A stretch of 64,000 nt of DNA from the human T2T-CHM13v2.0 reference genome, Homo sapiens: NCBI RefSeq assembly GCF_009914755.1, contig NC_060940.1; one strand, 5' to 3'. Below the pieces are notes generated by a model, which ran no database searches, had not been told where the DNA came from, and saw only the letters and a list, made by a program, of their open reading frames with translations. Positions 27,521 through 41,955 of the stretch are shown here, piece by piece (positions within the stretch are counted from its first letter, which is position 1; every line of letters begins with the position of its first letter). The translations under genes and the position numbers were made by a program.

Positions 27521-28060
27521 TTCTATCTAATAAAAAAATAGGGAATTTAAAAGGCAGAAATATCCAAGAATGTTAGATTTTTGCACAATCAAAATAATAG
27601 ATAATTGTGTTGCACAAGTCTAGTGCTAGAGAAAAGCACAAGAATTACAGTCAATTCATTCATTCATTCATTCATTCATGCAATATTTATTTAGAGCCCA
27701 CTATGGTCCTGACACTGTGCTAGGTGCTGTGTATTCACTGGTGAAAGAAATGGTCTCTGTCTGCAGCCTCCCAGGCAGCTTATAGTTATAAGAGCAAGAA
27801 CTTTTGCTGCAAATAATGATATCCCCAGGAAAGAAGGAGAGGAGGAGGGAGGGAGGGAATTGTCTCCTTGGGAAAAAACAACCAGTTGTCCCCAGCCGAG
27901 GAAAAGGAGCTGAGCGGCACAAATTGGTTATTTCCAAGCATTTTGACTGTCTCACTTGTCAGCAGATGGCTGGATTCCCCAGAAACCCCACTATCCTCCT
28001 GCTTGTGCATACGTCTCCGGCTGTGGAGAATCAGATGTCAGACCAAACTAGGCCAAGATT
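27521..28060 (+). repeat. Copy 1 of a local ~540-bp direct duplication (includes an antisense L2 3' end)
   Basis: Collinear with 37101-37651. Confidence 0.9.
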
Positions 28061-29633
28061 GTGATTAGTGCTGGTGTGGGGTGGAAATGGCCCTTGGGGG
28101 ACTGGGGTGCTCTGCATCTCACTGCTGTTCAGAGGGCCCACCCTCAGCGTCGTCATGGCCCAGCAAGCCAAAGGCTCTGTCCCCTCCAGGATCCTAATTG
28201 AGATGAATAGCTGTATTTTCCAAGCATGGCAGCTCCCTGGCCCTGGTTTGAGGTTTACTTTACCGAAGTTGCACATTCTGGCATCACTTGGGATGGACAG
28301 AGATCCATTATTAGGATCCATAGAAAGAAGGATAGAATGGTGAATTACTGCTGTGTTACAAGGATTGAACCGACACATCACTGTGCAGCCACTCAGCACT
28401 AAGAGCTTTGCATCTGTTAACTCTTAAAATCCTATTACTGACCCTGCTGGGAGTTGTTCTAGGTGAAGAGAGGAAGTCCAGTTACAACCAGGAAGCATCT
28501 CCAGTGTGTGTATGTGGGCACACACTCTCCCATGTGTGGCGTGCTTAGCACTGAATACATGTCAGCCGTAATTATTATGAAAGTGACTTTATTTGCCTAA
28601 AGACACTCTGACCCAACCTGCCAGATTCCATTCCCACCTCGGTGCCAGCTCTTTCCCCAGCATCAACGGTCCTTATCTCTGCTTTCATTTTCCCATGTCC
28701 ACTGCAACCTCTACAACTGTTGTTGCTTACTTTTAGTTGAGTGTAAATCAAATCTCTTGACTTATTTAGTCTTGTCCTTCTTGCAAGAATACCCATTACG
28801 GCATGGGTCTGATGGGTTAGCTGTTTGTTCCAGTAAGCATTAGGAACTTGATAGAAGCAGTATGCCCTCATCTTACCTAAATGTCTCCCCATGCACCGCT
28901 GACAGAGACCCACTCTGGGAAATGCTGCACCCACCACATCATGTGCTCTCGTGGTTGGGAAAGAGAGTGACAGACACTCAATTGGCAGCGCCATTGTATT
29001 ACCAATGTTTATCATGGAGTTTCTTTGACATCCTCTGGTTTAGTCCACACAGTGGCTGGGGGAGGTAGATACTATCAGCCCCCTTTGCAAAATCACCTAG
29101 AGTGGTCCTCATCAACGCTGCCCATTGACACTGGGGTAGGACAATCCACCATTGTGTGGGACTGTCCTGGGCATGGCCTTGAGTCTAGTATTGCTGTCCC
29201 CCGCCCGGCAAATGGCTGTAGAGCCCTCGAGTCAATTGAAAATGCTCCCATACATTTTCACATGCCCTCAGTTGGGCAGGGCCCAGCGGCTTAACTCCAT
29301 GTGGCTCAGACTTTCAAATCCTTTTCCCTACATCATACTCTACTAGAAACCATGCACCCAGGCTATACTTGAAGGGACATAGAGACCCTTTAACTTCATG
29401 GCAAGTGAGTGAGAAACATTAAATATAAAACTTTGGTTTTCCTGTTCCATTTGATCCACTGTGATCACAGAGGCAGGGTTATCTTGCTATAAAGCTACTG
29501 AGGATTGGGCGTTGGAGTCTCGTTTACCAGAGCCCCCGTGGGTGTCGGGGGTACGGAGTTACAGGTTCCAGGCAGGGAGGCTTTAGGCATCACCATTGCC
29601 AGGGAGTTGCCTAACGATATCTCAGAGGGAGGC

Positions 29634-29713
29634 TCACTAAGGTTCAAGTCACTCACTGCCCAGATCACTAAGGTTCAAGTCACTCAGTGTCCGGATCACT
29701 AAGGCTCAAGTCA
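29634..29713. repeat. 31-bp tandem repeat, ~2.6 copies
   Basis: The 18-mer tcactaaggYtcaagtca occurs three times at ~31-bp spacing. Confidence 0.9.
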
Positions 29714-29965
29714 TGTGTTGTCATTCATTTCTTAATCAAAAACACAAAAACAAAAAAAAACCAACATCCATACTTAATCTCACATTTTCATGTTTCATAT
29801 TCTTTATCTTAAAGATAGCCCCCCAGTTACACAGGCTTAGCCTCCAAAGCCCAGCTCCATCCCTGAAGGCCCACTGTTGCTCGTGGAATTTCAGAGGAAG
29901 TTGATGCAAACCACCTGCCTTTTGTGGCTGGTGTGCATCCTGAGACCCTTCTGTCTGCTTTCCAG

Positions 29966-30219
29966 CCATTGGACTATGAAATTTCTGCCTTCCACACCCT
30001 GCTGATCAAAGTGGAAAATGAAGACCCACTCGTACCCGACGTCTCCTACGGCCCCAGCTCCACAGCCACCGTCCACATCACTGTCCTGGATGTCAACGAG
30101 GGCCCAGTCTTCTACCCAGACCCCATGATGGTGACCAGGCAGGAGGACCTCTCTGTGGGCAGCGTGCTGCTGACAGTGAATGCCACGGACCCCGACTCCC
30201 TGCAGCATCAAACCATCAG
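29966..30219 (+). CDS. CDH13: Cadherin-13 internal coding exon, probably exon 10; end of EC3 and start of EC4, phase 0/2
   Basis: Acceptor cccttctgtctgctttccag|CCA and donor ATCAG|gtgggt. Peptide [13 protein letters not shown]...[12 protein letters not shown]...[15 protein letters not shown] carries the Ca2+-binding motifs LDYE, DxNExP and ATDxD, and joins in frame to the previous exon (VVK|PLDYE). Confidence 0.97.
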
Positions 30220-33200
30220 GTGGGTGAGTGGCTCCGGAACCACAGACGGGAGGTGGGCAGGAATGGCTTTTCCTTTCCAGTCGCAGAAGCTGGTTGTCAG
30301 GAGCAGACACCATTAAATTAAACTTGTTAACAATCTCAGCAAGTGGGAGGAAAGCGTCATAGAGAGGAGGTTGTGGCTGACGGCTGCAGAGGGCCAGGCT
30401 CTTTGGTGAGGATGCTGCTCCCACCTGATTCCAGCCTGGGAGAAGAGTAGCTTCAGTGCTGTGTTCCCAAATGACCAGCCGGGTCTGCTGGCCCTGAGCA
30501 CAGTCCTTGAACGGAGAGAGAAGGGAGCCACTCTGGGTGACCTCCTGCATCTCAGAAACTTGCCTACTTTGTCATCAGCACTGCTTTGTGACAAAGGTTT
30601 TGCTAACTCCGTTTACAGATACAGGTATTGTGGATTCGCAGATTCGTAGAGGTTCGGTACTTGCTCAAGCAGCCCAGCTTGGTGGTAGAGGAATCAGGAT
30701 GGAAACAGGACACTCTGCAAAGTTCATGCTCCTTCTAGCTGCTCAATGCTCACTGACTCTGAGCTGCCAGAAGGGGAAGGAGCAAAGTCACTTCCTGGTG
30801 CTTGGAAATAGACCATTGGGATTGGCGTTCTGCCTGATGAGGGGCAGGCAAAAATTAATAATAATAATAATAATGTCTTCAGAAATTTCTGTCTTCATTT
30901 CTTAAGCTCTGCCCAGTGCTTAGATAGAAAGCATTTTCGTAATGAGATTTAATTAAATGGTCGCTATCCACCCGTGGTGCATCTAATGCTCACAAATAAA
31001 AGATGCCCTCGTTGGTACATGGTTTCACAATAAACTTAAATCAGCGTGCAGATCCAAATGCACGCCTGTCTCTGCAGAAGAAAGTTATTAATGTTCCTCC
31101 TCCAAAATCTAATCTTCTTCTCATATGAGGTACAAATAATCAAGTATTGGACACACTTAAAACGAACATGTGTCTGATTTTCCTGATTTGAAACACCTGA
31201 AAATGTGCAACAGGGACTGAGTCAACCACTTTACTTTAGAGCAAGCCGGTGGAGAAGAAGCAGAAGTTATTTTCCAACACCAAAAGTGGATTTATTTTTA
31301 CGGCTAAGCTTTCTGAATGCCAGATGAACTAGACAAGCGTGTGAAATAATACCAAATCCTATAATAATGTGAATCTGAAATAGCCATTCTTTTTTTTCTT
31401 GTTGCTATCTGACAATGGAAACATGCAATTTAAACATCAAAGAGAGAGTCTTTCTTAAGTACTTAGATGGGAAAACTCGTAGCTTAACAGACTACAAGGT
31501 AGTTGGACAAAGGTAGGATGTCTCCAGGTGAGCTTAAGTGTCATCTTGTATTTCTACAATTGGAGGTGAAAGCAGGGACCCTGGAGGCAATAAAATGAGT
31601 TAAATCAGGTTGATGTTTTGGACCCTGTGTCTCTGCCATTGCTGGGACAACTTGGGATGCTGCCAGTCATGAAAGAGCTAATGCAATGGGGAGGGGTGGA
31701 TGGAGGTGTCTGGGACCCAGGACTAGATGTCCTACTAAGATGGGACAGACAGTGGGAGAGGAAGGTCAGGCTGGGTTGTTTGATTAAGACCAGCTCTGCT
31801 GACTTGGGCAAAGAAAGAACGTGCTGGAGGACCCTATGGATACTATATACGATGGAGGAATATCTGAAGAACCCGCTCGAGATAGCACAGGAGCTAGGGC
31901 ATCCTTCAGGCTCTAGGTCACAGGAACAGACAGACTTGCAGTTCAGGATCTCACAGTGAGAATAAACCAGCTCCAGCTGTTTTCCATTCTAGTGTCACTC
32001 GGCCCATGGTCACATTCCCAGGGCAGCTCTGCCTTGCTGGAGCTGGGGTCATGCACCTCCCTGCTCCAGGCACCTTGGCTAGTGATCAACCGGGATGATG
32101 TTCCCAGATACACAGCACAGAGGGCCGCTGACTGAGAAGGAGGGATGAACATCCTGTCTGGCAAATGAAGCTTACTGCTGGGAGTATGGAGGCAGCCCAT
32201 AGGTGCAGTCCCAGCAAACTGAGTTAGGAACAGGATTCCAGCCTGGGGAGGGAGGGGTGCCTGGGAGAGCTGAGACATTAAGGAACATCCAGGCCAAGAT
32301 TTGAGCCATGGGGAGCAAAGGTCACCTTACTATTAAACAGCACAGGCAGATAAGGGACTTCATCCTACCGCTGTGTGAGAGAAGAAGGAGGTCAGAGAAA
32401 GCAACCTAGAAATGACTTGAGGTGGCACCTGTGGGGAGAAGCTGGAACGCAGAAAGTTCTGAGGATCTTCCTGTTTCTCTAGCCAGTGTAATCATCACAG
32501 CTTTGGCCTTCCATCACAAATGACTAGTACCCAACTCACAGTGACTTATGCCAAAAGGGGTCCTGCTTACTTGCATAGGTCAGCGCACCTAATGGAAAAG
32601 TCCATGGGAACAAAGGCCTCCAGCATGATGGAATTCAGGTGCTCAGAACATATTCCTTCTCTATATCTGGCTCTGCTCTCCCCTGGGTTGTCTCCATCCT
32701 CAGCCATATTTGCACATCTGTAGAGGGAAGAGGGAAGAGGCACCAGCAAACACCTCTCCTTGATCCTACCAGAGGAAAGCAACATCTTCCTTCCTAATCA
32801 ATAGCCCAGCCCAAGGCCCAGGTTGAGTCACAAGCACAACTCTCTGAACCAAGCAGAAGATGAGCAGGACAGATTGTGCCACGAGTCCTGGTGCCTGAGC
32901 CTGCCACAGACCCCAGCACCCAGCTGTGAGGGCCTGCAGGGGCGGCTACCCGAGGAAGTGCGGGAGGCTAGTCCCAGAGGATGGGAACAAATGCTGTGTA
33001 ATCAGGAACCACAGAGAGCCCCTGGCCCAAAGGTGAACCTTGTGAACCCCACAGAAAATAGAGCTGCAGTGTGTCTCTGCAGCTGGTCTAAGAGTTCTAG
33101 CATTTACAGATTGGCCTAGCTGAGTGATGGCAGGACCAATCCCTTTCCCAGCCGTGGAGCAAAGTAAATGTGTGTGTGCATGTGCATATGTGTGTGCTGC

Positions 33201-33814
33201 ACACATTTCTCTCTCTGGCCTCACTCCTCAGGCATATTCCTTCCTGCTGGGAGCCACAGCGGCCCACACGTGACTCTTTCTCAGCCTGGCACTGGCTGGA
33301 CACCCCCTTTCCCCTCCTCCGTTCTTCTCCCCTTCACTCCCTCCTACCCACCTTTCCCTCCTTTCTCTTTCTTCCCCTCCACCCCTCTCCTCTCCTGGAG
33401 TAAAGTCGGGATAACATCACCGACAGGTTGAGCTATTGTCATGGGAGCTCTTTGGGAAAAAGAGGCTCATTAATTATTTGCAGCCTTTGATCCTGCACAC
33501 TGAGAAGTGCTCTCCCTTGGGGCCTGTGTGTGCAGAGGAGGAGTGGGGCTGCAGAGAGGGGCCAGGATGGGAGACACTTTTCTAATCTAATCATCTGCGC
33601 TGGGCTACCCCGGCTTCTCAGACAGATGCAACGGCCTTCCAAGTTGTGATGTTACTGCTGTTGTGATGATTCTTCAGGGAGCAGGCACTGGAAGAAGAAA
33701 CTTAGCTCGAAAAGAACTCTTCCTTCTTCTCCTCCTCCTCCTCCACAAAACAGGAATCAGGTGTCTCCTGATAACATTTTAGTATCTCTAATATCTTTTT
33801 CTTCTTCTTCCTTG

Positions 33815-34412
33815 TGTTGACTGCTGATGTGATACCTCTGTTCTTGTCTTCTTAGTTTAAAAGAATTTAAACAAGAGACACACACCAAAAGAAGTGCAGC
33901 ATAGAGTAATCTACTGCAACAGAAAAAGAATATGTTGAAAGTTAGGTGCAGAATAGCAGTATCCTCTGAGAGAGATGATTCCGGGCAGGCTGCTCACAAC
34001 AATGAGGCAGCAAAGACCCACACCAGGGAGGCTCCCTTCTGGGAGTCTTCCATGATTATTCATAAGGAGGTGGGAAGAGGCGTTACTAGGAAGCTGTTCT
34101 GGGTGGTCTTCCGGGTGCACATGTGCAGCAGCTGTACAAGGTCGTTCATAAGTCGCATGTCTCTTTAGCATCTAAAATCTCCACCCAGGGCTGTGTTTTT
34201 CACAATTATGATGAGCAGAGCCAGTTTGAGGACAGGTAAAATTAAAATGTGCATGTTCTGTAGAGGGGAAAGTCGCCACTGAAGACAGCTTTGCTTGAAT
34301 GAGCTCACTGACTGTGCGCATCCTGAGATTGACTGTGTTGGCTGTGCGGTCACCACAGTTGCTGCTGTGTCCCGAGAACACGGTCACTTCCTTAACTACC
34401 TATCCGGCCTCA
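33815..34412 (-). mobile_element. ERV1-class solo LTR (MER4 group, LTR29/LTR36-like)
   Basis: The minus strand begins TGAGGCCGGATAGGTAGTTAAGGAAGTGACC and ends ...AAGAAGACAAGAACAGAGGTATCACA...CA; ~600 bp with TG...CA ends. Confidence 0.75.
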
Positions 34413-35817
34413 CTCCTCCTCCTTCCTCTGTCTCTTTGCCTGTCTGTCTCTCTGCTGCTCTGTCTCTTTTTCTCTCCCCACCCCACCATCTCTGTCTTTT
34501 CTGACATTCCCTGTGACTCAGCTCCAACAACCCCATCTCATGTCACATTAGTCACCAGGCCCTCGAAACTAAAAGCCCCCATGAGAGACCGGGACCCTGA
34601 GATCCTGCAGCAGGGCCTGCCCATCCTAATGGCCACTGTCACCTCCTCCCTGAGGGGGCTCCTTCCATGGTCAACATGGGAAGCCTTCTCCCCAACCCCA
34701 ACCCCACTGAAACTTAGGAACGCACTTCCAGCTAAGTCCAACTCCTGGGCCACGTCCTGCCTCGCATGAGGAAATGCACTTCTCAGGCACCACTGCTCCT
34801 CGGCTGACCGCGGCCAGACACCCTTTCATCTCCCCAGGGAATGCTCAAGTCAGCAAAGGGCGCCTTGATCTCCAAGGAACCTGTGACTACAAAGACAAGG
34901 GGTGTCCAAACATCAGAGGGAATCTTCTCACTAAAAAGCCTGGGTTATTAAGACTTGTTAAAAAGCCCTTCACATTGTGTTGTTAGTCAAATCAAAATGA
35001 ACAGCAGTGGTCTAGTGACAGATGAAATTCTTCTTTTTAATGACTTTTATCTTCTTATCCTTATTATAAAGTTAAGATAGTTTCTGGAAGAAACTTTTGA
35101 AAAGACAGGTAAGAATAAGGAAGATAATAAAGTATCTGTCATCATCTCAGACAAGGAAATCCCTTTTCCACAGCTTGGATCTGTCTCCCTCAATCACGTA
35201 TGTGAGTATTCTGTTTTTCATTACCAAAATTGGCTTGCATTATCCACCCTCAAACCTCACCATTTTTATTTCCCAGTATACGCTGAACAGCTTTCTGTCC
35301 CAAGAAATAGCCATTATTTTTCGTCGCTGAATAGTGTGCTATTATTCCATTACAGGGATATACTCATCTGTTTATTTATTCCCTTGTTGTTGACTATTTA
35401 CATTGTTTACACTTGTTTGCAGTTTTTTAAAACATTAGTGGGTATGCTTATAGTGAAATTGTTTAATGCATCATTAATATCCTGAAGACAAGTCCCTGAA
35501 AATACTTTGGTTGAGCAAAAGTATTACTGTGTATTGTTAATGTTTTTTGGCATATACAGAATTCTTTGTTTTTATGTCTAGGCAGTCAAATTTATATTTT
35601 CCATCATTTCTAAATTGATGTCACAGTTTAGAAAGTCCTTCTCCTCTCCAAGATCATGTACATCAGGTTCTAAAACAGATCAGGTTCCCACTCTGTCGTC
35701 TCCAGGTGAGATGATGATAAGACTTGCTTCCACTTTCAGCGTAGCAACCGTTCCTCCAGGTGCACAAGGTAAAATATCCTGATGATATTCGAGTATCTCT
35801 AATGAGGAGAGGACTTA

Positions 35818-36150
<333 letters not shown>

Positions 36151-36569
36151 GTAGCCGAAAGATAATTATGCAAAATGGAAGTAACTACATTTGCTAAACC
36201 TTCTCCTACAGTGAAATGAAACATGGGAACTAACGCTTCCATCAGATCCCTGATTTGGTTACATTAGGGAGGCAGCCGGCAGCTAAATCCTTCTGAATAG
36301 CTGGGAGGACTCACTTCTTTCTCTCTACAATCAAGGGCAACCAAGTAGCAATTCCTATTCCAAACATTTTTCAGACAGAACTCATCTTGCCCAGGATCTA
36401 TAGTAAACAATTCCACAGCAGAGACTTCTGCCTACACTTTGAATATAGAAGATATGTGTTGAAGAAAAATATTGTTCCTACCCATGTAAAATTTCATATC
36501 ACTGCTCAACACTTTTTTTTGGAAAGGGTCATTCATCCAGGGAGCCCTGCGAGTATATGTCAAGCATTT

Positions 36570-37080
36570 TATCTGTGGGGACTAAGTTTGGCTGAACATA
36601 ACAGGAAAATTCAAAATGACAGTGGCTCAGAGCAGACGGAAGTTGATTTTTTTTTTCTCACATAAAGTAGGTCTAGAGCAGGCATGACAGTTCAGGGACA
36701 GTGGCAGCCCCACACGGCCCCACACAGGGTTCTACTTGCTCACTATTTTACCACGTCTAGGCTGGCACCCTCTTCCTCATGGTCTGTTATGGTTGCTAGT
36801 GCTCCAACCTTCATATCTGCATTCCAGACAGCAGGATGGGAAATGGAGAAAGAAGAGGGATACTCCCTCTCTTTTAAGGAGACTTTCTGGAAGTCATCCA
36901 CATTTTTATTTAAATTTTATTGGCCAAAATTGGTCACAGGGCCATACCTAGCTGCAAGGGATTATGGGAAGTATGGTCATTTGACTGGGAAGCAATGTGC
37001 ATTGTTTTTTAAACCAAGGTTCTTCACTAAGGAAGAAAGGAAGAATGGATAGTGTAAGGTAGATGGCACTTTCTGCCATG
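36570..37080 (-). mobile_element. Ancient ERVL/MaLR LTR relic
   Basis: aacaggaaaattcaaaatgacagtggctc...catatctgcattccagacagcagga...ggtcacagggccatacctagctgcaaggga. Confidence 0.5.
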
Positions 37081-37100
37081 AATGCCTTTTTAAATGGAAC

Positions 37101-37651
37101 CTTTCTGCTTAATAAATAACTACAGGGTACATTTTAAAAGGGAAAAATATCCCATGATACTAGATATTTGCATAATCAAAATAATAGATGATGTTGCTAA
37201 AGACTAGTGCTAGAGAAGAGCATATGGATTACAGCAATTCATTCATTCATGCCATGGTATTTATGTAGAGCCCACTGTGGGCCTGACGCTGTGCTAGGTG
37301 CTGTAAATTCACTGGTGAAAGAAATAGTCTCTGTCTGCAGCCTCCCAGGGAGCTTATTGTCATAAGAGCAAGAACTTTTGCTGCAAATGATGGTGTCCCT
37401 ATAAAGGAAGAAAGAAAGGGAGAGAGGAAGGGAAGAAGGAATGAAATAAATTGCTTCCTTGGGAACTAAGAACCAATGATCCCAAGTCGAGAAGAAGGAG
37501 CAGAGTGGCACAAATTGCTTCTTCCCCTGCACCATGCCCGGCTGACTTTCAGCAGATGGCTGGATTCCGCCAGAAACCCTGCTTTCGTCCTGCCTGTGCA
37601 CAGGCCTCTGCCTCTAGGGAATAGGGTGCCAGACCAAACTAGGCCAAGATT
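37101..37651 (+). repeat. Copy 2 of the local ~540-bp direct duplication
   Basis: Collinear with 27521-28060. Confidence 0.9.
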
Positions 37652-38552
37652 TTCACAACGCCCTGCAGACATGGGTTTTGAGAATGATGGTAATAATATG
37701 GCTACTAGGATGATTAAAATACCTAACATTTTTATGTAGAACTTTACCAAAAGCACTGTTACCAGTCTTCTTGTATTTTCATAACCACCCTGTAAATGAG
37801 AACATCTTGTTCTCCCTTTTTACTGATGAGGAGAGAGAACCTCCCTGAGCCGTGGTTAAAGGAGGAAAGCACACAAGCAGGGTTTACAGAGGCTGAGTTA
37901 ATGTGAATCAGAACGCCGGAGCTTCCTCCGTACCACTGCGCCTACTGCTGATGTTGGCTTAAGGCTTTTTGAACATGTCTTAGTGTAACTTCACCAAGCT
38001 TCACACTTCCTCAATCCTTGACATCATTGTCCATCTTCCCACGAGACTTTGTGCTCAGGGAGAGTAACAATCATCTTTATCTCCTTCCCTAATGAGCCAC
38101 CAGAGCTTCCTCAGTACCATTGAGTTAGTTAAGCACTTTAGGCACAGGACTAAGACCTTCAGACTTTCCACGGGCCTACAAAAATGTCAGGGACCTGAAT
38201 ACATAGTCTATTGACTCCAAAATTCAAAAAGAAAGCAGCAAAATTGAAATTAATAAATATCAACTGCCCACGGCATCATGACAACTTTAGCAGGCTAAAC
38301 CTAATATTTGCAAAAGTGTCTTTACATTTGCAAACTATTTGTAGCTCTCACCTTGCAAGAACGGTGGATAAATTATAAGTGATTATTAGCAGAATATTTC
38401 TTATGGCACAGTAATTCCAAAAGCAAAAGTATAAAAATAATTTCAAACATGTGATAGGAAAAAAATGTATTTTTAGTGTGGGTACATTTTAGTACATTTG
38501 ATACAGTTTGGGGTGAGGCCACCAAAGACAGAGAAAAATTTTTAAGGGCTCA

Positions 38553-39383
<831 letters not shown>

Positions 39384-41408
39384 TAGGTTTTGTTTTCTTT
39401 TAATCTTCAAACATTGACTAATGTCTACCAACCATGAAAACATTTACATTTGGCCTTGTTTTAAACCAATCCCAGGAAGGGTAGCCAGTGCTAGCAGGGA
39501 GACTTTAGAAGGATGTGCAGGTCTCTCACAGAACTTTCCAAGTCCATGAAAGTTACATTGAAGAGCCATTGCCGTCAGCCAACCCTTCTTCCGAAGCCTT
39601 GATCCAAATTGAGCCTATTCTTTGAACACAGAATATCTGAATCAGATCCAAATTAGATACTCATCTCTTTGAAAACTACAACTGCTTTGTCCTGATTTCT
39701 TTGGGGCTCTGTCTTTTTTAAGTCGTTTCCTTCCTCCTCATCTTTCTGACCTGGATGCTTTTTAACTTTACAGTAGAATTCATTCATGCATTCAAACTGG
39801 TAAAGAATACAACATAGAATAATGATATTTCAGCCCCAAAAGATTTGTTAAAATGCCCAATTTCCATTTTTACTGGTCTTCCCATGATTCATCAAGTCCT
39901 TTTCTTTAACACCTTGTTTAATCTAATATTGGAGCTCATTCAAAGGAAATCACAAAAAATGTTGGGAAATTAAGCAAAAACCATCATTGACTGGCGATGG
40001 GACATTTTATTCTGTATCTTCTAAGACCTTTGGAAGAAAAAGGCAAAAATCAGCTCTCTTGAAAATGCAAATTTTGTCATCACTGGCATTCTCAGAAACA
40101 CAGGGGTTCAAAAATATGTAGTAGCCTACCATTTATTGGGAGGAAGGAGGATTTCTAATCCCAAAACCAGGTTTCAAAACCAGATTTAAGAGTTTAAATT
40201 GGGGTGACTCCCACCTTTTAAATTTTAATCAGAAGTTAAAGGCCAAATTGTAACATTTCTACCTGGGGAAATTAAGAGAAGGCCTTCATCTTCTAAACTA
40301 TATTATTAACACTTCATCTTAATTAAATGTGGTTACTGACCTCAATAACAGGATCTGGGATGAGGTCATTTTTTTGGTTCTTGTTTTTAATGAGTTAAGA
40401 TTTTTTTCTTTTTTAAGTCAACAAACACAGAGTTTGAAATGTAAATGGATTGTTTACAGTGGTGTCTTTGTAATTTTTAATTAAAGCGGTGTTGTTCCAT
40501 TGTAAGTTTATGGTAGCAATACATTTTATTGCCTATTCTGCTGTGGAATTTTTAATTATTTATGCAAATATATTAGCACAGATGACTCTTGTTTTTAGTG
40601 GTCAGATGTTCTGTTATGAAGATGCTGGGGGAAACAAAGCCTCACAAATTAAACTATGGGATTTTTAAAGTTTTAAGGGCTTCACTGGCTAAAAATAGAA
40701 TCCTGGCTTTTATAATGATCCAGAGACTGAAGATTTTCATTATTCATGTCAATTAAAGGTGCTCAGTTTGGCTAATATGAAACATCTGGCCGTTTGGGTA
40801 AATGGATGAAAGGCTATTTTACAAATCGACCACCTTTTTAACATCCATCTACATATGTTGTTATAAATTTGCCATAGGCCAGACTTTCATTATTGAAAAC
40901 ATGGTTTCAAATTGGCTATATTTGAATATAATTATCAGGGTCCTTCTTGTCAGCCTTAGAAATTAATCCTCAGAACCAATATAGAAAATATTGACAAATG
41001 TTAATATTGTTCCTTGACCAATATTTTCTAAGCTGTTAAATCTACTTAGCTTTTTTTTTAATAAACCCATTTGAAATAGATAAGGATTGCTATATAAGCT
41101 ACTAACATAGCACTGATTGAAAAAGCCACACATTTCAGGATTGCAACAGAAGTCAGTTGCATAGGGAAAATAGCTGATTTATTATCTGAGTTTGTCTATC
41201 AATCACTAACACCAGTCAGCCAGCAAGCACGAGGAGCTTATCATGGCATTAACCCTAACACGGGTAATGAAACCACAGGCAGTGAGTCATGTAACTAATT
41301 CAAGAAATGCATTTCATCATCTGCTCCCAATCTGCTTTCCAAATGAATCTCAAAGCTTGTATTTTCAAGTGATGAGGCTCTAAACTACAGTCCTCCTACA
41401 AATGCTTA

Positions 41409-41955
<547 letters not shown>

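Noticed and set aside
29891-30550. 219-aa antisense ORF over the second exon
   Set aside because: Shadow ORF of GC-rich coding sequence with no independent support.
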